Below, piece by piece: positions 24,895 through 36,294 of a stretch of 64,000 bases of DNA. Made by a program: the position numbers and the translations under genes. A model generated the notes under the pieces. The model was given only the letters and a program-made list of their open reading frames with translations. It was not told the origin of the DNA and made no database searches. Each line of letters starts with the position of its first letter. Within the stretch, counting starts at the first letter, position 1. The DNA is taken from positions 21,331,280-21,395,279 of the forward strand of contig MU054187.1 in assembly GCA_013239625.1 (NCBI GenBank). The letters are read 5' to 3'. This DNA is from Lama guanicoe. Taxonomy: Eukaryota.

Positions 24895-25105
24895 AGTTGA
24901 ATCCTCTCAACCCCTTGCCTGGATTTCTCTATAACAAAATCACCTTCTAACATACTATGTCATTGACTTTTTTGACTACTGTCTGTCTTGCCATATTAGT
25001 GTGTCCACTCCAAGAAGTTAGGTATTTTTGTCCATTTTGTTCAACTCTGTGTCTTCTGCACCCAGAGAGTACGTGCTCAGTAAACTTGTATTGAATAGAC
25101 AGAAA
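24895..25105 (+). mobile_element. LINE-2 3' terminus
   Basis: 'ttttgttcaactctgtgtcttctgcacccag...gtgctcagtaaacttgtattgaat'. Confidence 0.7.
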
Positions 25106-25295
25106 TAAGAGTGAGCAATATTTTACTGACCACATTGAAAGATCTTAAAGAGAAAATAATTGAGACATTGTGGGAAAATTATCTCAAAAATATGCATGTT
25201 CTTAGGCTTAGAAGCTACCTGTGGGCATCCATCCGAGGGAAATAAGTTAGCGAACAAGTATATTTACACAAAGATGACCGTTGCAAGCTTTTTGT

Positions 25296-25460
25296 TTTGT
25301 CATTGTTTTGTTTTGCCTCGCTTTTGTTTTTTGAGGGGGAGGAAGGTAATTAGGTTTATTTATTTTAATTTTTTTTTTAAATGGAGGTACTGGAGATTGA
25401 ACCCAGGACCTCATGCATGCTAAGCACATGCTCTACCACTGAGCTACACACCTTCACCCC
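25296..25460 (-). mobile_element. tRNA-derived SINE (Vic-1-like) with TSD
   Basis: 'aggtaattaggtttatttatt...ggaggtactggagattgaacccaggacctcatgcatgctaagcacatgctctaccactgagctac'; flanks tgcaagctttttg / tgcaatctttttg. Confidence 0.92.
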
Positions 25461-26477
25461 TGCAATCTTTTTGATAATAATAATGAATGTGAGACCTAAC
25501 AGCCCAAAATAATAACAGATTCATTAAACAAATATCGCAGCATCACCTATGCAATGCAAACCTAAGCAAACAATAAAAATGATGTCATTAATATGTAAAA
25601 AAGGTGAAAGATTTATGCGATCTGAAGAGAAACCAGAGTACATGTAAAAATGTTTTCATCTCTTTCTCAGAGAAAACTTAGATCAAATGACAGAACAATG
25701 TGTATAATACAAAGAATAATACATAATATGAGCATATATCTGTGTGCATGCTCATGTATGTGCAGTCAGAATTTCATAGACTAAAGCTTGAAAAGTTTAC
25801 ACTACAATATTGAAAGGGTTTATCAAGCAGAATTATATGTGATAATTTCTCCCTTGTATGTATCCTCTAATTGTCCTACAATGAATATGTATTTGGGAGT
25901 GAAGCAAATAAAAGATGATATTTAAAAAGCAAGTCTAATCCAGAAATTTTATAAATGGTTATGTTGAGGTCCAAAAAAGTTAGATGACCTGTCAAAGGTC
26001 ATGCAGCATCTCAGCTTTCTTTTGTAAGAACATTATCTATGGGAACCTGGGAGAAGGAAGTAAGGACTTGATACTCCCGGCATAATTCCAGTGACCAAGA
26101 GAGAGCGTCATTTACATGAAGGGAAATTTAGGAGAGTCAGAAAATGTCACTTAGAATTGGTTCCAGCTAAGATCAGCACAGAAAATTGCACACAAAATAA
26201 AAAGAAAAGAAAAGAAAAGAAAGGAAGAAAGGAAAGAGGAAGGAAAGATCTAAACAGTAATTCAGAATGAGCAGAAGACTCTGGAAACTGAAAACCTGAC
26301 ACACAAAGGTTCTGCTGATCAGGAGCACGGGAGCCATCCTAAACACAGCGCGGCCACCCAGCGTGCTCTGCAATGCATTCTTACTATAAATGGACCGGGA
26401 CTAACGTGAAAGGGTGGGTCGTAACCCAGGTCTGGAGCACACTTATTGCCAGGGAGGCCGGTGAGCTTTCAGAAATT

Positions 26478-26565
26478 TTATAGCAGCCATTCCGACAGGT
26501 GTGAGGTGGCATCTCATTGTGGTTTTGGTTTGCATTTCCCTGATGATTAGAGATGTGGAGCATTA
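26478..26565 (-). mobile_element. Isolated ~85-bp L1 ORF2 fragment
   Basis: 'agccattccgacaggtgtgaggtggcatctcattgtggttttggtttgcatttccctgatgattagagatgtggagcatt'. Confidence 0.85.
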
Positions 26566-27014
26566 TTACTTTGTTAGAAGTTAAAAGCGGAAAAGATGAT
26601 CAATGCGATTTCTCTTTTTCTTTCCAGTCTTTCCTCAGTAAGGCTCAACTTCAAATTAGGAAGTGTAAGACCTTGCTGTCGAGGAAACTGAAAATTAAAA
26701 TGTGTGCTTGGCCTTACTAAACTGGAAAGCATTAATGAGAGTGGTAATAACTGTCTTGCCAGTGCCTAGCTCCGTGGCTGCTGTAACAGACACTCCACAG
26801 ATACCTGGGAAGGAGGGGCAGAGCTACTAAGATGTTCAGAAAAAAGATAAATACTTTCATAAATCCATCTGGCTTTCCAAGGAATTAGATCCTATAAAAC
26901 AGAAAGACTTCACCATGAAATTTGATTTTGTGAAACTCAAGGAACTTTGGTTAGCATTCGATGATTGAAACATCATTAAATGTTTGTATTATCTAGAGCT
27001 AAAATTAAAACTGA

Positions 27015-29125
27015 TAGTGTACTGCTTTATACTGTAGCTTTGTAAGGTATTTTGAAAGAAGGAAATTTGATATCTCCAGCTTGGTTCTTCTTTCTCAAGA
27101 TTTTTTTGGCTATTTGGGGTCCTTTGTGGTTCCAAATAAATTTCATTTTATTTTTTGAATTGAAATACAGTCAGTTTACAATATTTTGTTAATTTCTGGT
27201 GTATAGCATAGTGGTTCAGCTTTATATATATATCTATATATATTTCTTTTCATATTCTTTTCCATTATAGGCTATTACAAGGTTTTGAATATAGTTCCCT
27301 GTGCTATACAGGACCTTGCTGTTTATCTATTTTATATATAGTAGTTAGTATCTGCAAATCCCAAACTCCCAATTTATTCCTCCATCCTCTTTTCCCCCCT
27401 GATAACCACAATTTTGTTTTCTATGTCTGTTTCTATGTCTGTAAGTCTGTTTCAGTTTTGTAAATAAGTTCATTTGTCTCATCAAATGAGTTTTTAAATT
27501 GTTTTTTTCTATTTCTGTAAAAATTTCCAGTTGGGATTTTTGAAAGGGATATCATTGAATCTGTAGATTGTGTTGGACAGTATGGACATTTTAACAATGT
27601 TAAGACTTCAACCTATGAACATGGGATGCCTTTCCATTTATTTGTGCCTTCTTTAATTTCTTTAGCAGTGTTTTGTAGTTTTCAGTGCATAGTTTGTTCA
27701 CTTCCTTAGTTACATTTATACCTATGTATTTTACTGTTTTGATACTGTTGCAAAATGGATTGTTTCCTTAGTTTCTCTTCTTAGATAGGCTGTTGTTAAT
27801 AGGTAGAAATGCAGCTGGCAGGAAGACAGACATACAGACCAATACAGAATAGAGAAAACAAAAATAAACGCATGCTTATACAGTCAGCTAGTCTCCAACA
27901 AGGGTGCTAAAAACACACAACTGGGAAAGAGCCGTTTCTTCAACAAATGATGTTGGGACAACCATATATCCATGTGCAAAAGGATGAATTTAGACTCTAA
28001 TCTTACATCACACACAAAAATGAACTCAAAATGAATTACAGACTTAACCATAAGACCTGAAACAGTAAAGTTCCTAGAAGAAAGCATATGGAAAATCGTC
28101 ATGGTTTTGGCCTTGGCAACAATTTCTTGGAGATGACACCAAAAGCACAGGCAACAGCAGAAAAATATACAAACAGGACTACATCAAACTAAAACGTTTG
28201 TGCACAGCAAAAGAAACAAAGTGAAAAGGCAACCTCTCATTCAACTGAATGAGAGAAAATATTTGCAAATCAGATGTCTGATGAGGAGTTAATATAGAAC
28301 ACATGCAAGGAGCTCCTTTAACTCAATCGCAAAAAACCAAAATAACTTAATTTTTTCCAGAGAAGACAATGGCAACAGGCACCCGAAAAGATACTCAGCA
28401 GGAAAATGCAAATCAAAACCACAAAATCACCTCACACACCTGCCAGGATGGCTGTCAAACAAGCAGAAGCTAACAGGTGCTGGTGAGGATGTGAAGATGT
28501 TGGAATCCTTGTGCCCCACTGGTTGGAACATAAAGTGACCCAGTCATTGTGGAAGACAGTATGAAGGCTCCTCAACAAATTAAACATGGAACATCATATG
28601 GTCAGCAATCCCATTCCTGGGTGTCTGTCCAAAATAAATGAAATCAAGATCTCGAAGAGATATTTGCACTCCTGTGTTCATTGCCTCGTTATTCGCAATA
28701 GTCAAGTTGTAGAAACAACCTAAATGTCCATCAATGAATGAATGAAGAAAGAAAAATTGGGTATACGTGTACAATGGAATATTACTCAGCCTTACAAAGA
28801 AGAAATCCTGCCATGTGACAGCATGGATGAACTTGGAGGACGTTATGCTAAGTGAAATAAACCAGACAAAGACAAATGCATGATTCCATTTAGATGAGGA
28901 ATCTAAAACAGTCAAACACATACTCATGGAAAGTAGAATGGTGGCTGCCAGGGGAGGGGGAAGGGGGTAATATGAGTTACTATTCAGTGGGATAAAGTTT
29001 CAGCTATGCAAGTGTTTCAGTTCTTGAAATCTCCTCTTCTATGCTGAGCTTACAGTTAACAATGTATATTCAAACATGTGTTAAGAGGGTATATCTCATG
29101 ATAAGTGTTCCTACCACAATAAAAA
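27015..29125 (+). mobile_element. 5'-truncated L1 with 5' inversion (27015-27815 inverted, 27816-29125 sense)
   Basis: The sense part runs from ORF2 'tggcaggaagacagacat' to 3'UTR and aataaaaa. The inverted part is the ORF2 sequence that lies immediately upstream in an intact L1. Confidence 0.85.
27144..27482 (-). mobile_element. Younger L1 3'-end insertion nested in the inverted segment
   Basis: 'gaatatagttccctgtgctatacag' 3'UTR motif; TSD-like caaataaattt / caaatgagttt. Confidence 0.85.
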
Positions 29126-30664
29126 GGATTATTGCCTAAACAAGAGACTGATAAACTTAACAATAATCCCCAGTAAAATCCTAGAAGGCATACACCTGTT
29201 TTAAGAACATTCTAGAAGAAAAGTGTGGTGATCACGGGAGGACAGTATGTGGCCCTTCACAGAGCCTTCACCTCATTCCCTTTTCTGACAGTGTTGCTAG
29301 GATGATAAATTAGATAGAAGCATCTATAACGTCTTGGCATTTCAGCAAAATCCACCTAATTTTATGTTTTAGTTACTGAAAATCTAGTAAGATCCATGTT
29401 CATGTATATACATGCACATACTGTATTGTATGCATGGTCCTCGCATGTGCGCGCACACACGCACACACGTCTTCTACTTTTTTGTGTCTTTCTGTCTGAA
29501 CTTTACATTCAGTATATTCCAGTCTAGTAGTGACCTTGTCTTACTCTATTTGAAAGCAATGCTATAAACACTATTATTTTGTAAACTGCTGCACAGAGAC
29601 TATTTGGAAGATAGTTCTGTGGGAAGCCTTGTGAATATTCCCAAACAAGCATTATTTTGAATAGGAAATGAAGGAGAGCTTTTCCCAGAGGAATATATGA
29701 TGCTTTCATCTCAGCGATACTGAATTCTCACAGCACGTGCTCCTATGACCTTGAATAAGTGACTTGATATTTTTACTATTTTCAGGGCACAACTCTTGAC
29801 ATGTCTTCCTGCTATGTGTATCACGTGTCCAACCAGAATGGAGCAGAATTCAGTTTAAATACCTAGCTCACAAATGTTTATGAGAGTAGCTGCAATTGGC
29901 TGCCTTTTTTCCAGCCATAAAATTGGAGATATTCAGCCACAGACTTAGACTTAGCATAAGTGAATTTCTTTACTACAACTGATAGAATTGAAATTTTTTT
30001 CTCCCTAACATTGCCCGTGGTTGTTAATGTCCTAGCGACTTGTTCTTAAGTGAATCTCCACTTAATTCACTTTTCTAGAGATACACTATCAACTGTATTT
30101 GTATTACTTCGGAACAGCCTGTTTCTCAGTAATGAAGTTTATAGTTGGATGAGGTCACAAGCTGATCACACCCAGACAGACTGTGGGTGGGAGGAGATAA
30201 GCTCTTACTGCAGCAGGTAAATAAAGGGGAGACTCGATCTCCATTGCCTTCTTTTCCCTTGTTTTTTTAAATTTTTAGCTGCACAATTTGAAATGCCAAA
30301 ACCTAGATAACGCTTTCAATAAAAGTAACATTTTAAAATGGATTTGACGTTCCGTTGAAATACAACAACTTTACGATACAAGGTCTTGATTATTCCGTAG
30401 ATAAAAATTTCTTTTGATAATTTTTTTTAAATTAAGAGAAGAGAGAATAGTAATAAATCACATGTATTTAAAGCAATAAAACACCATCCCACCACCACCA
30501 ACAAAAAATATTAAATAACTGGCTATGAGTCTATACTAACTAAACATTAAATTTCGTATGATATTTGGGGAAAGTTTGCATATATGCTAACATTTCTGGT
30601 CACATCATTCCAGATTAGAGTAGATACAAATATTTCAATCTCTCTTGTTTGTTTTCCCTCTTAA

Positions 30665-30915
30665 GACAGGGGCATCCTAGCATCGCAGAAAGAGCTTGAA
30701 AGACTTTGCATGAGTCAAACCTAGATCTGAATGCTTCTCCCACTTGCCATTGTTTTAATCTGGGGCAAGTTACTTAACTATTTGAAGCCTGTCTTCAAAA
30801 TGGAATTAGAAGTTTGCACCTGAGGAATGGTTGACTGATGATCAAATGATATATTGAATGAACTAAGCACAGTTCCTACCAAACAGAATACTTCATTAAT
30901 TAGTAGTTGTCTTCC
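30665..30915 (+). mobile_element. MIR
   Basis: 'ctggggcaagttacttaac' core and 'actaagcacagttcct'. Confidence 0.75.
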
Positions 30916-31574
30916 GGGCTGTAGTTGTAAGGATCACAGGCGAGGATGAGACTCGACCTGATGGTGTTGACTTTTATATTAGATTAGAATTTTTATTAGG
31001 TTATGTTTTGTGCATGATTTCCAAACTGAAATAAGAGTACACATAGAAAACAGTATCATCTAATCACATAATTTATTGTTCTGCCCCTAAACATATCCTC
31101 TTCATTTATGCTTCTTTCTTGCATACTATTGACCAGCAAACCCTCCCCCTTTCTTCGTATGTGCTATTAAAAGGCCTACACATTAATGAAAACCCAGTTG
31201 GACCATTATATCTTCCATGAAGCCTTTTCAGATATCACAATTCAAATAAATCTGTCCCTCTCTGCCATTCCCATTAATAGACTGTGAGCTCCTGGCACAA
31301 GAATATTGCATGTACTCAATTTTATATTCTTAATGGCCCATAACACAGCTTTATGTACTCAGTACATTTATTTGTTTACCACAGAACTTTCTAGCCTTTC
31401 CTATTTGCAAGACACACAAATACAGCATCCCTAATAAAAAGTAATAATAATGAGTGTTTTGCACTAAAGATTTGACTTGTCTTGTTGTCACATTTCTAGT
31501 AGACGCTGCTGTCAAGAACACAGCTGTGAACCTGAAAAAGGGAAAAGCTTCTAATTACTAATAAAAACAATTCT

Positions 31575-31825
31575 CAAGGGGGGTGGAGGGTGGGAAGGGA
31601 CAGACTGGGATTTCAAAATTGTAGAATAGATAAACAAGATTACACTGTATAGCACAGGGAAATATACACAAAATGTTATGATAAATCACAGAGAAAAAAA
31701 TGTGACAGTGAGTGTGTATATGTCCATGAATGACTGAAAAATTGTGCTGAACACTGGAATCTGGAATTTGACACAACATTGTAAAATGATTATAAATCAA
31801 TAAAAAATGTTAAAAAAAAGAAATA
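31575..31825 (+). mobile_element. Young lineage-specific L1 3' end with polyA
   Basis: 'ggagggtgggaagggacagactgggatttcaaaattgtagaatagataaacaagattacactgtatagcacagggaaatat...tcaataaaaaatgttaaaaaaaa'; TSD-like ataaaaacaattct. Confidence 0.85.
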
Positions 31826-32599
31826 AAACAAAAATTTCTGAGCAAAAAAAAAAAAAATTTTCATAAAGACCATGACTTACTCTGTAGGAGGCTCAGTACC
31901 CAGGTCAGAGTGAACTTAAGGGATTCATATGTTAGTCATTTGGTTTCCACTGGCAACCGTTAAGTCCTCTCCAGGTCCAGGGACTATTGATGATAATCAG
32001 GAGTGGATGCGAGCCAGTTGGAGCAGACTCAATGACAGCATTACAATGTGTCAACAGTGAGGGATGACATCGAATAGATTCTAAGAGCGGCAAGCTGGGC
32101 CTTTCGGTGGGAGAGCAGCCAACTCCACCCATGGCAATAGACTCTGAAGGGTTCCTGTTGAGCAGAAATAAAGTAAACGTCACCAGGGATGAGCATGCCT
32201 TCAACAAACAGTCCTTTGTAGTTACAAAATTACTCAGCGGAGGCTAAGATGAATGCGCTCATCTTAACAAACAGCTATAGAAACCAGAAGGGGCCACGGA
32301 CGGTCACAGAGTGAACCACAGGGCTCACGCGGGAACTGGTGGTCGCAGCAGGGCCTCCAAGTTGGGACGACTCTAAGATGTTCCTAAGCTGTCTTCGCCG
32401 AAATAAGAATTCTGTCACTACTTAGAAAGGGGTTTTTCATAACTGGATAAAACTTCACTGGATATGGTTTTATAAATAATTGAAAGGTGCATTCCATTTC
32501 CTGAGGCAATCCAGTCAGTCAAGATCTACATTGACTGGAGCATCACTTGGATGGAACATAGATTAGCTCAGCTATGCACTCTACAAGAACAACAGTGGG

Positions 32600-33090
32600 G
32601 ATAATTCTCAAGCACAATGATCCAAATGTCTCCTGTTGAACCTGAGTGTGTTCTTTGCTGAGCTGAGAGCTGGGGTTATGGCATAAAATGGGAAGAGAAC
32701 TGCATGTCCGGCTTCCTGGAAGTGCTCAGCAGTACTCAGAGGACATTAGCTTAGCCTAACAGTGGTCACACTGATATTCCAGGAGATGCATTTAGTTGAT
32801 AGCTCATCATGCAGTCAAGCTGACCATCTGGGAATCGACTTGAGCTGCAGTTTTTGGAGTCATCATCATATAAGTTATAGTAGAAACTGTAGAATTATCT
32901 ATAGACATCCCCAGATAGAGTGAATAGAGTGTAAAGACAGGAAGTCTTCCAGGATTAAGGTTTAAACAATGAGGAAGTTCAAGAAAAAAACAGAAGGAAC
33001 AGTCAAAGGGTTAGGAGGAAAACCACCGTGTAGCGTGTCCGAGGGAGAGAACACCGCGGAGCTGGGGGAGGTCAACATGTTAGACTGACA
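32600..33090 (-). mobile_element. LINE-2 fragment(s)
   Basis: 'gagctgcagtttttggagtcatcatcatataagt' and 'ggaacagtcaaagggttaggaggaaaacca'. Confidence 0.6.
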
Positions 33091-35787
33091 CCCACTCCAG
33101 TTTTCATTACCTCACTCTATTGATATGCAAATGGTGGGGAAATGATAAACCACTATGTTCCACTAGGTTAGTTCCACTGCATTTATTAAGTTGATGCCTT
33201 TAACCCTGTACATCACGCTCACAGTTCTATTTCTAACTCTGGGAAGTCCATGTCTGTACAGTCATCACGTGGTTAGGGAGAGCCTGCCGTTTGCCGGTTA
33301 ATGATGGACAAAGGCATACAAGATAGTCGTGATTCCTGATTCCTGCCGTTAAGTAGGCTAAGTGCTCTCTATACGTTTTCTCATTTGATTCTCATAATTC
33401 TACAAGGAAGTATATTATAACCTGTATTTAATGAAGACGAAATCAAAAAGTGAACGCGCATTTAATTGGTCTGCTGTGTTGGGAGAAGACCAGCCCAGTG
33501 ATCTTGTACGCTACATCCCTTCCAACTTTATAACAACTGCCATGCCCTCTAAGTACTGGCTTTTACAGAAGAGCTGTTCCTTCTATGACAAAACTTCCAG
33601 GCCTTTTCTTTGCCTGGATACATTTATCAGGCTATTCTAAATGTGCACCAGCACCTCTCCTAAAGCGTTATTGGATACAGTCTTTCAAGCACAGAGTAAT
33701 AATCGTATCTTTTATTGTGGAAAATCCACATCTCTTGACGTTAGTTTACAGTCAGCTTTTCAGCAGTTATATACACTGCTGAGGGACTTAAACAAAAGTC
33801 ATAAAACCCTGTCATTCTTTTCATAAAAAGTGATGCTATGTCTCCTTGTCCTTGGATATGAATAACTTGGGGGTATTTGTTTCTTTAGATCTAGGAAAGG
33901 AAATAAAATGGCGTTGAAACCCCAGGTGTACGAGGGACCTTATTCAACATAAGGTTTCCGGTATGATGCCTGGAATATGGGTATTCAATAAATTCTAGCC
34001 CCTGTTACTACTAGTTTTCTGTCCCAGAGATGAGGAAACTGAATAATTCAGCTTTCTCATTCTCAGCAATTAACTTTGTGCCTTATAACCCAGTCTGCAG
34101 GTTTATGGCATCTTTGGTTTCCTCACTCTGAGCTTAAATAAGGCCACCTTTGGCTTATGAACCTCTGCGTATTCCTGCCTTGAGACCCTCCGAGGGCACT
34201 TTCCTGACAAGAGTCCATCGGAGAGTCTACTCGTCCTGCACACCTTCTTTAGAGCCTCTTTTTTTCCCTGCTTATCTGATCATGTTAACCAGAATTTAAT
34301 TTTGCACACAGTCACAGTAAACCACCTTCCTTTTTGACACCATTCTTTAAAGTGATTATTCTAATACTTGCTCTACAAATTCTGTACTAAAATGTGGATT
34401 TGTGACCCTCACCAGTGATTCACTCCCTTCTGGATGATAGAAATTCAAAGTTGGGAACGTACGTTTCTCTCTGTAGTCCGGTGAGCTGCAGCAATTTGCT
34501 TTGTTATCCGGGAAGAACCCTTCCAGTGACAGATGTTAACATGAGTAGGACAAGCTAAGAAATATACACATTTCATTTGTAAGAGTGAATGTACTCAGAA
34601 GGATCCCCTGGTTATAGCTCTTCCCTTGTGACGTCTTGATTCTGTCAGCTGGGTGATCTGTAGTCGGACAGATCAGCTGGCCAGCCTGTCTGTAATACAT
34701 TCTCTCAAAATAGCATCTCACTTTTCTTCCTTTCCTTGTCACCCAAATGTTTCTCTCCTTTTTTTCCACCCACTGGTTCTTGGATCTTTTACTAGCGTTC
34801 ATCTTGTTGACAAACAGGGCTATTCCACACTTGCTTTTCAGATTGGTTTCATTTTTACAAAGAAAATCCTTCCACTGCCATAAAAATCTATCATGCGAAG
34901 TGACATGTTATTTTTTAGAAAGTGAGGAGAAGAAAAAAATATATAGCAGTGTTAAAGTACATCTTCCATTCTATTTAAAGATAAAGTACTATCTTGTGTT
35001 CCTGGCAGAAAAAAAGCACCTTCACAGCTTATTTCTCATCATTTCACCCAAACGGAATGGCTATTTGTCAGACTTTCTATGATGCTGTTGCTCGTCTTCA
35101 TCCATTTTCAGAAAATACACGGAAAGCAGTGTATATGCTCAGAAAAATTTAATTGTGGTATTAAGATTTTCTGTACTTCATGTTGCAAAATTCTATGAGT
35201 TAATGATTCTAAATGCATGTGAGAAAGAAAAATAATTATTTCATTTGATGTTATTACAGTTATGGGTAATTCACATTAGAGAGGATCTTAAAGGTACTGA
35301 TGCTCCTAAACACCCAGAAATAGTTTTCATACTTATTCTTCCATAGACTTACACACAGTGGAAAAGCGAGAAGTGGAAGAAAATTCAGGCTAAAAGAGAA
35401 CCATTAATATTGGTCACTGGTATATTTTCTGGTTGCTTCCCACTTGTGCTTTCTTGTGTGTTCATTCATTCTATGAATTTATGATGGATGGAAATTAAAG
35501 GCAGCAATTGAAGTGTAATGTGTACCATGTACCATGGTAATTAAAATACTGTTGAGTGAAAATGTGTTTATTCCTTCCTCAAAGTTTACTCCTACTTCAT
35601 TTTCTGTCGGTGAGGAAGGGATGCTGTAGAGAAAGCTGGAACATCAAATGCAGACGTTTCATCTGAACAGCAGCAATTGGATGAGACGCCATCCGTTCAT
35701 CAGTTCAGCTGTGGTTTCCTCTAGGATGTTTTTGCTCTTTCAAAACAATGTTCCTGGGTATTTAAGGACATCAGGAGGTAGACTTAA

Positions 35788-35886
35788 AATAATAATAATA
35801 ATAATAATAATAACAATAGTTATTATTATTAATTATAATAATATTAATAATATGTTTATAATAATATTTATTATTATTATTATTAC
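35788..35886. repeat. AT-rich (AAT)n...(ATT)n quasi-palindrome
   Basis: An (aat)n arm and a (tta)n arm with a self-complementary AT-rich interior. Confidence 0.85.
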
Positions 35887-35889
35887 TAA

Positions 35890-36290
35890 ATGCATGCAGG
35901 GATAAGGTGAGACTTTGCTAAAAGAGTTTTAGGCATTTCCCCCATTCTCACATCAAGCCTGCAAGAACATGATTATTCCCATTTCACAGGTAAGAAAAAC
36001 AGATTAAATTGATTTGTTAATTCACTTAACCAATATTTATTGAGCATCTACTAAGTTCTAGGCTTCATTCTAGAAATTTGGTATACACCAATTAAAAAAA
36101 ACACAGCTAAAATATTTGCCCTCAATGGCTGACATTCTAGCCATAAATTCACTCACTTAGTATCAGACACCATGAATGAGTAAACTATATGTTAGAAGTT
36201 GATACATTCTATAGAAAAAAGAAGGAGTAGAATGAGGTAAGGGAGAGCTGGATGGCTGGAGTGAGAGCAGGGGGTTGGGGCATCATGAAA
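35890..36290 (-). mobile_element. MIR fragment followed by an L2 3' end
   Basis: 'attattcccatttcacaggtaagaaaa' (MIR) and 'caatatttattgagcatctact...ctaggc' (L2). Confidence 0.65.
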
Positions 36291-36294
36291 TGTC

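Noticed and set aside
26628..26664. Small AG...GT-bounded segments (also 6774 onward, 20675-20748, 45139-45173, 51215-51314)
   Set aside because: Plausible splice sites but no coding signal or recognisable peptide; such pseudo-exons are common in large introns.
35660..35712. Possible hairpin (ctgaac...ggatg-agacgc-catcc...gttcag)
   Set aside because: Too many mismatches for a pre-miRNA stem and no other support.
35648..35905. 85-aa ORF with poly-Ile, resembling a transmembrane segment
   Set aside because: Translation of the (AAT)/(ATT) repeat.
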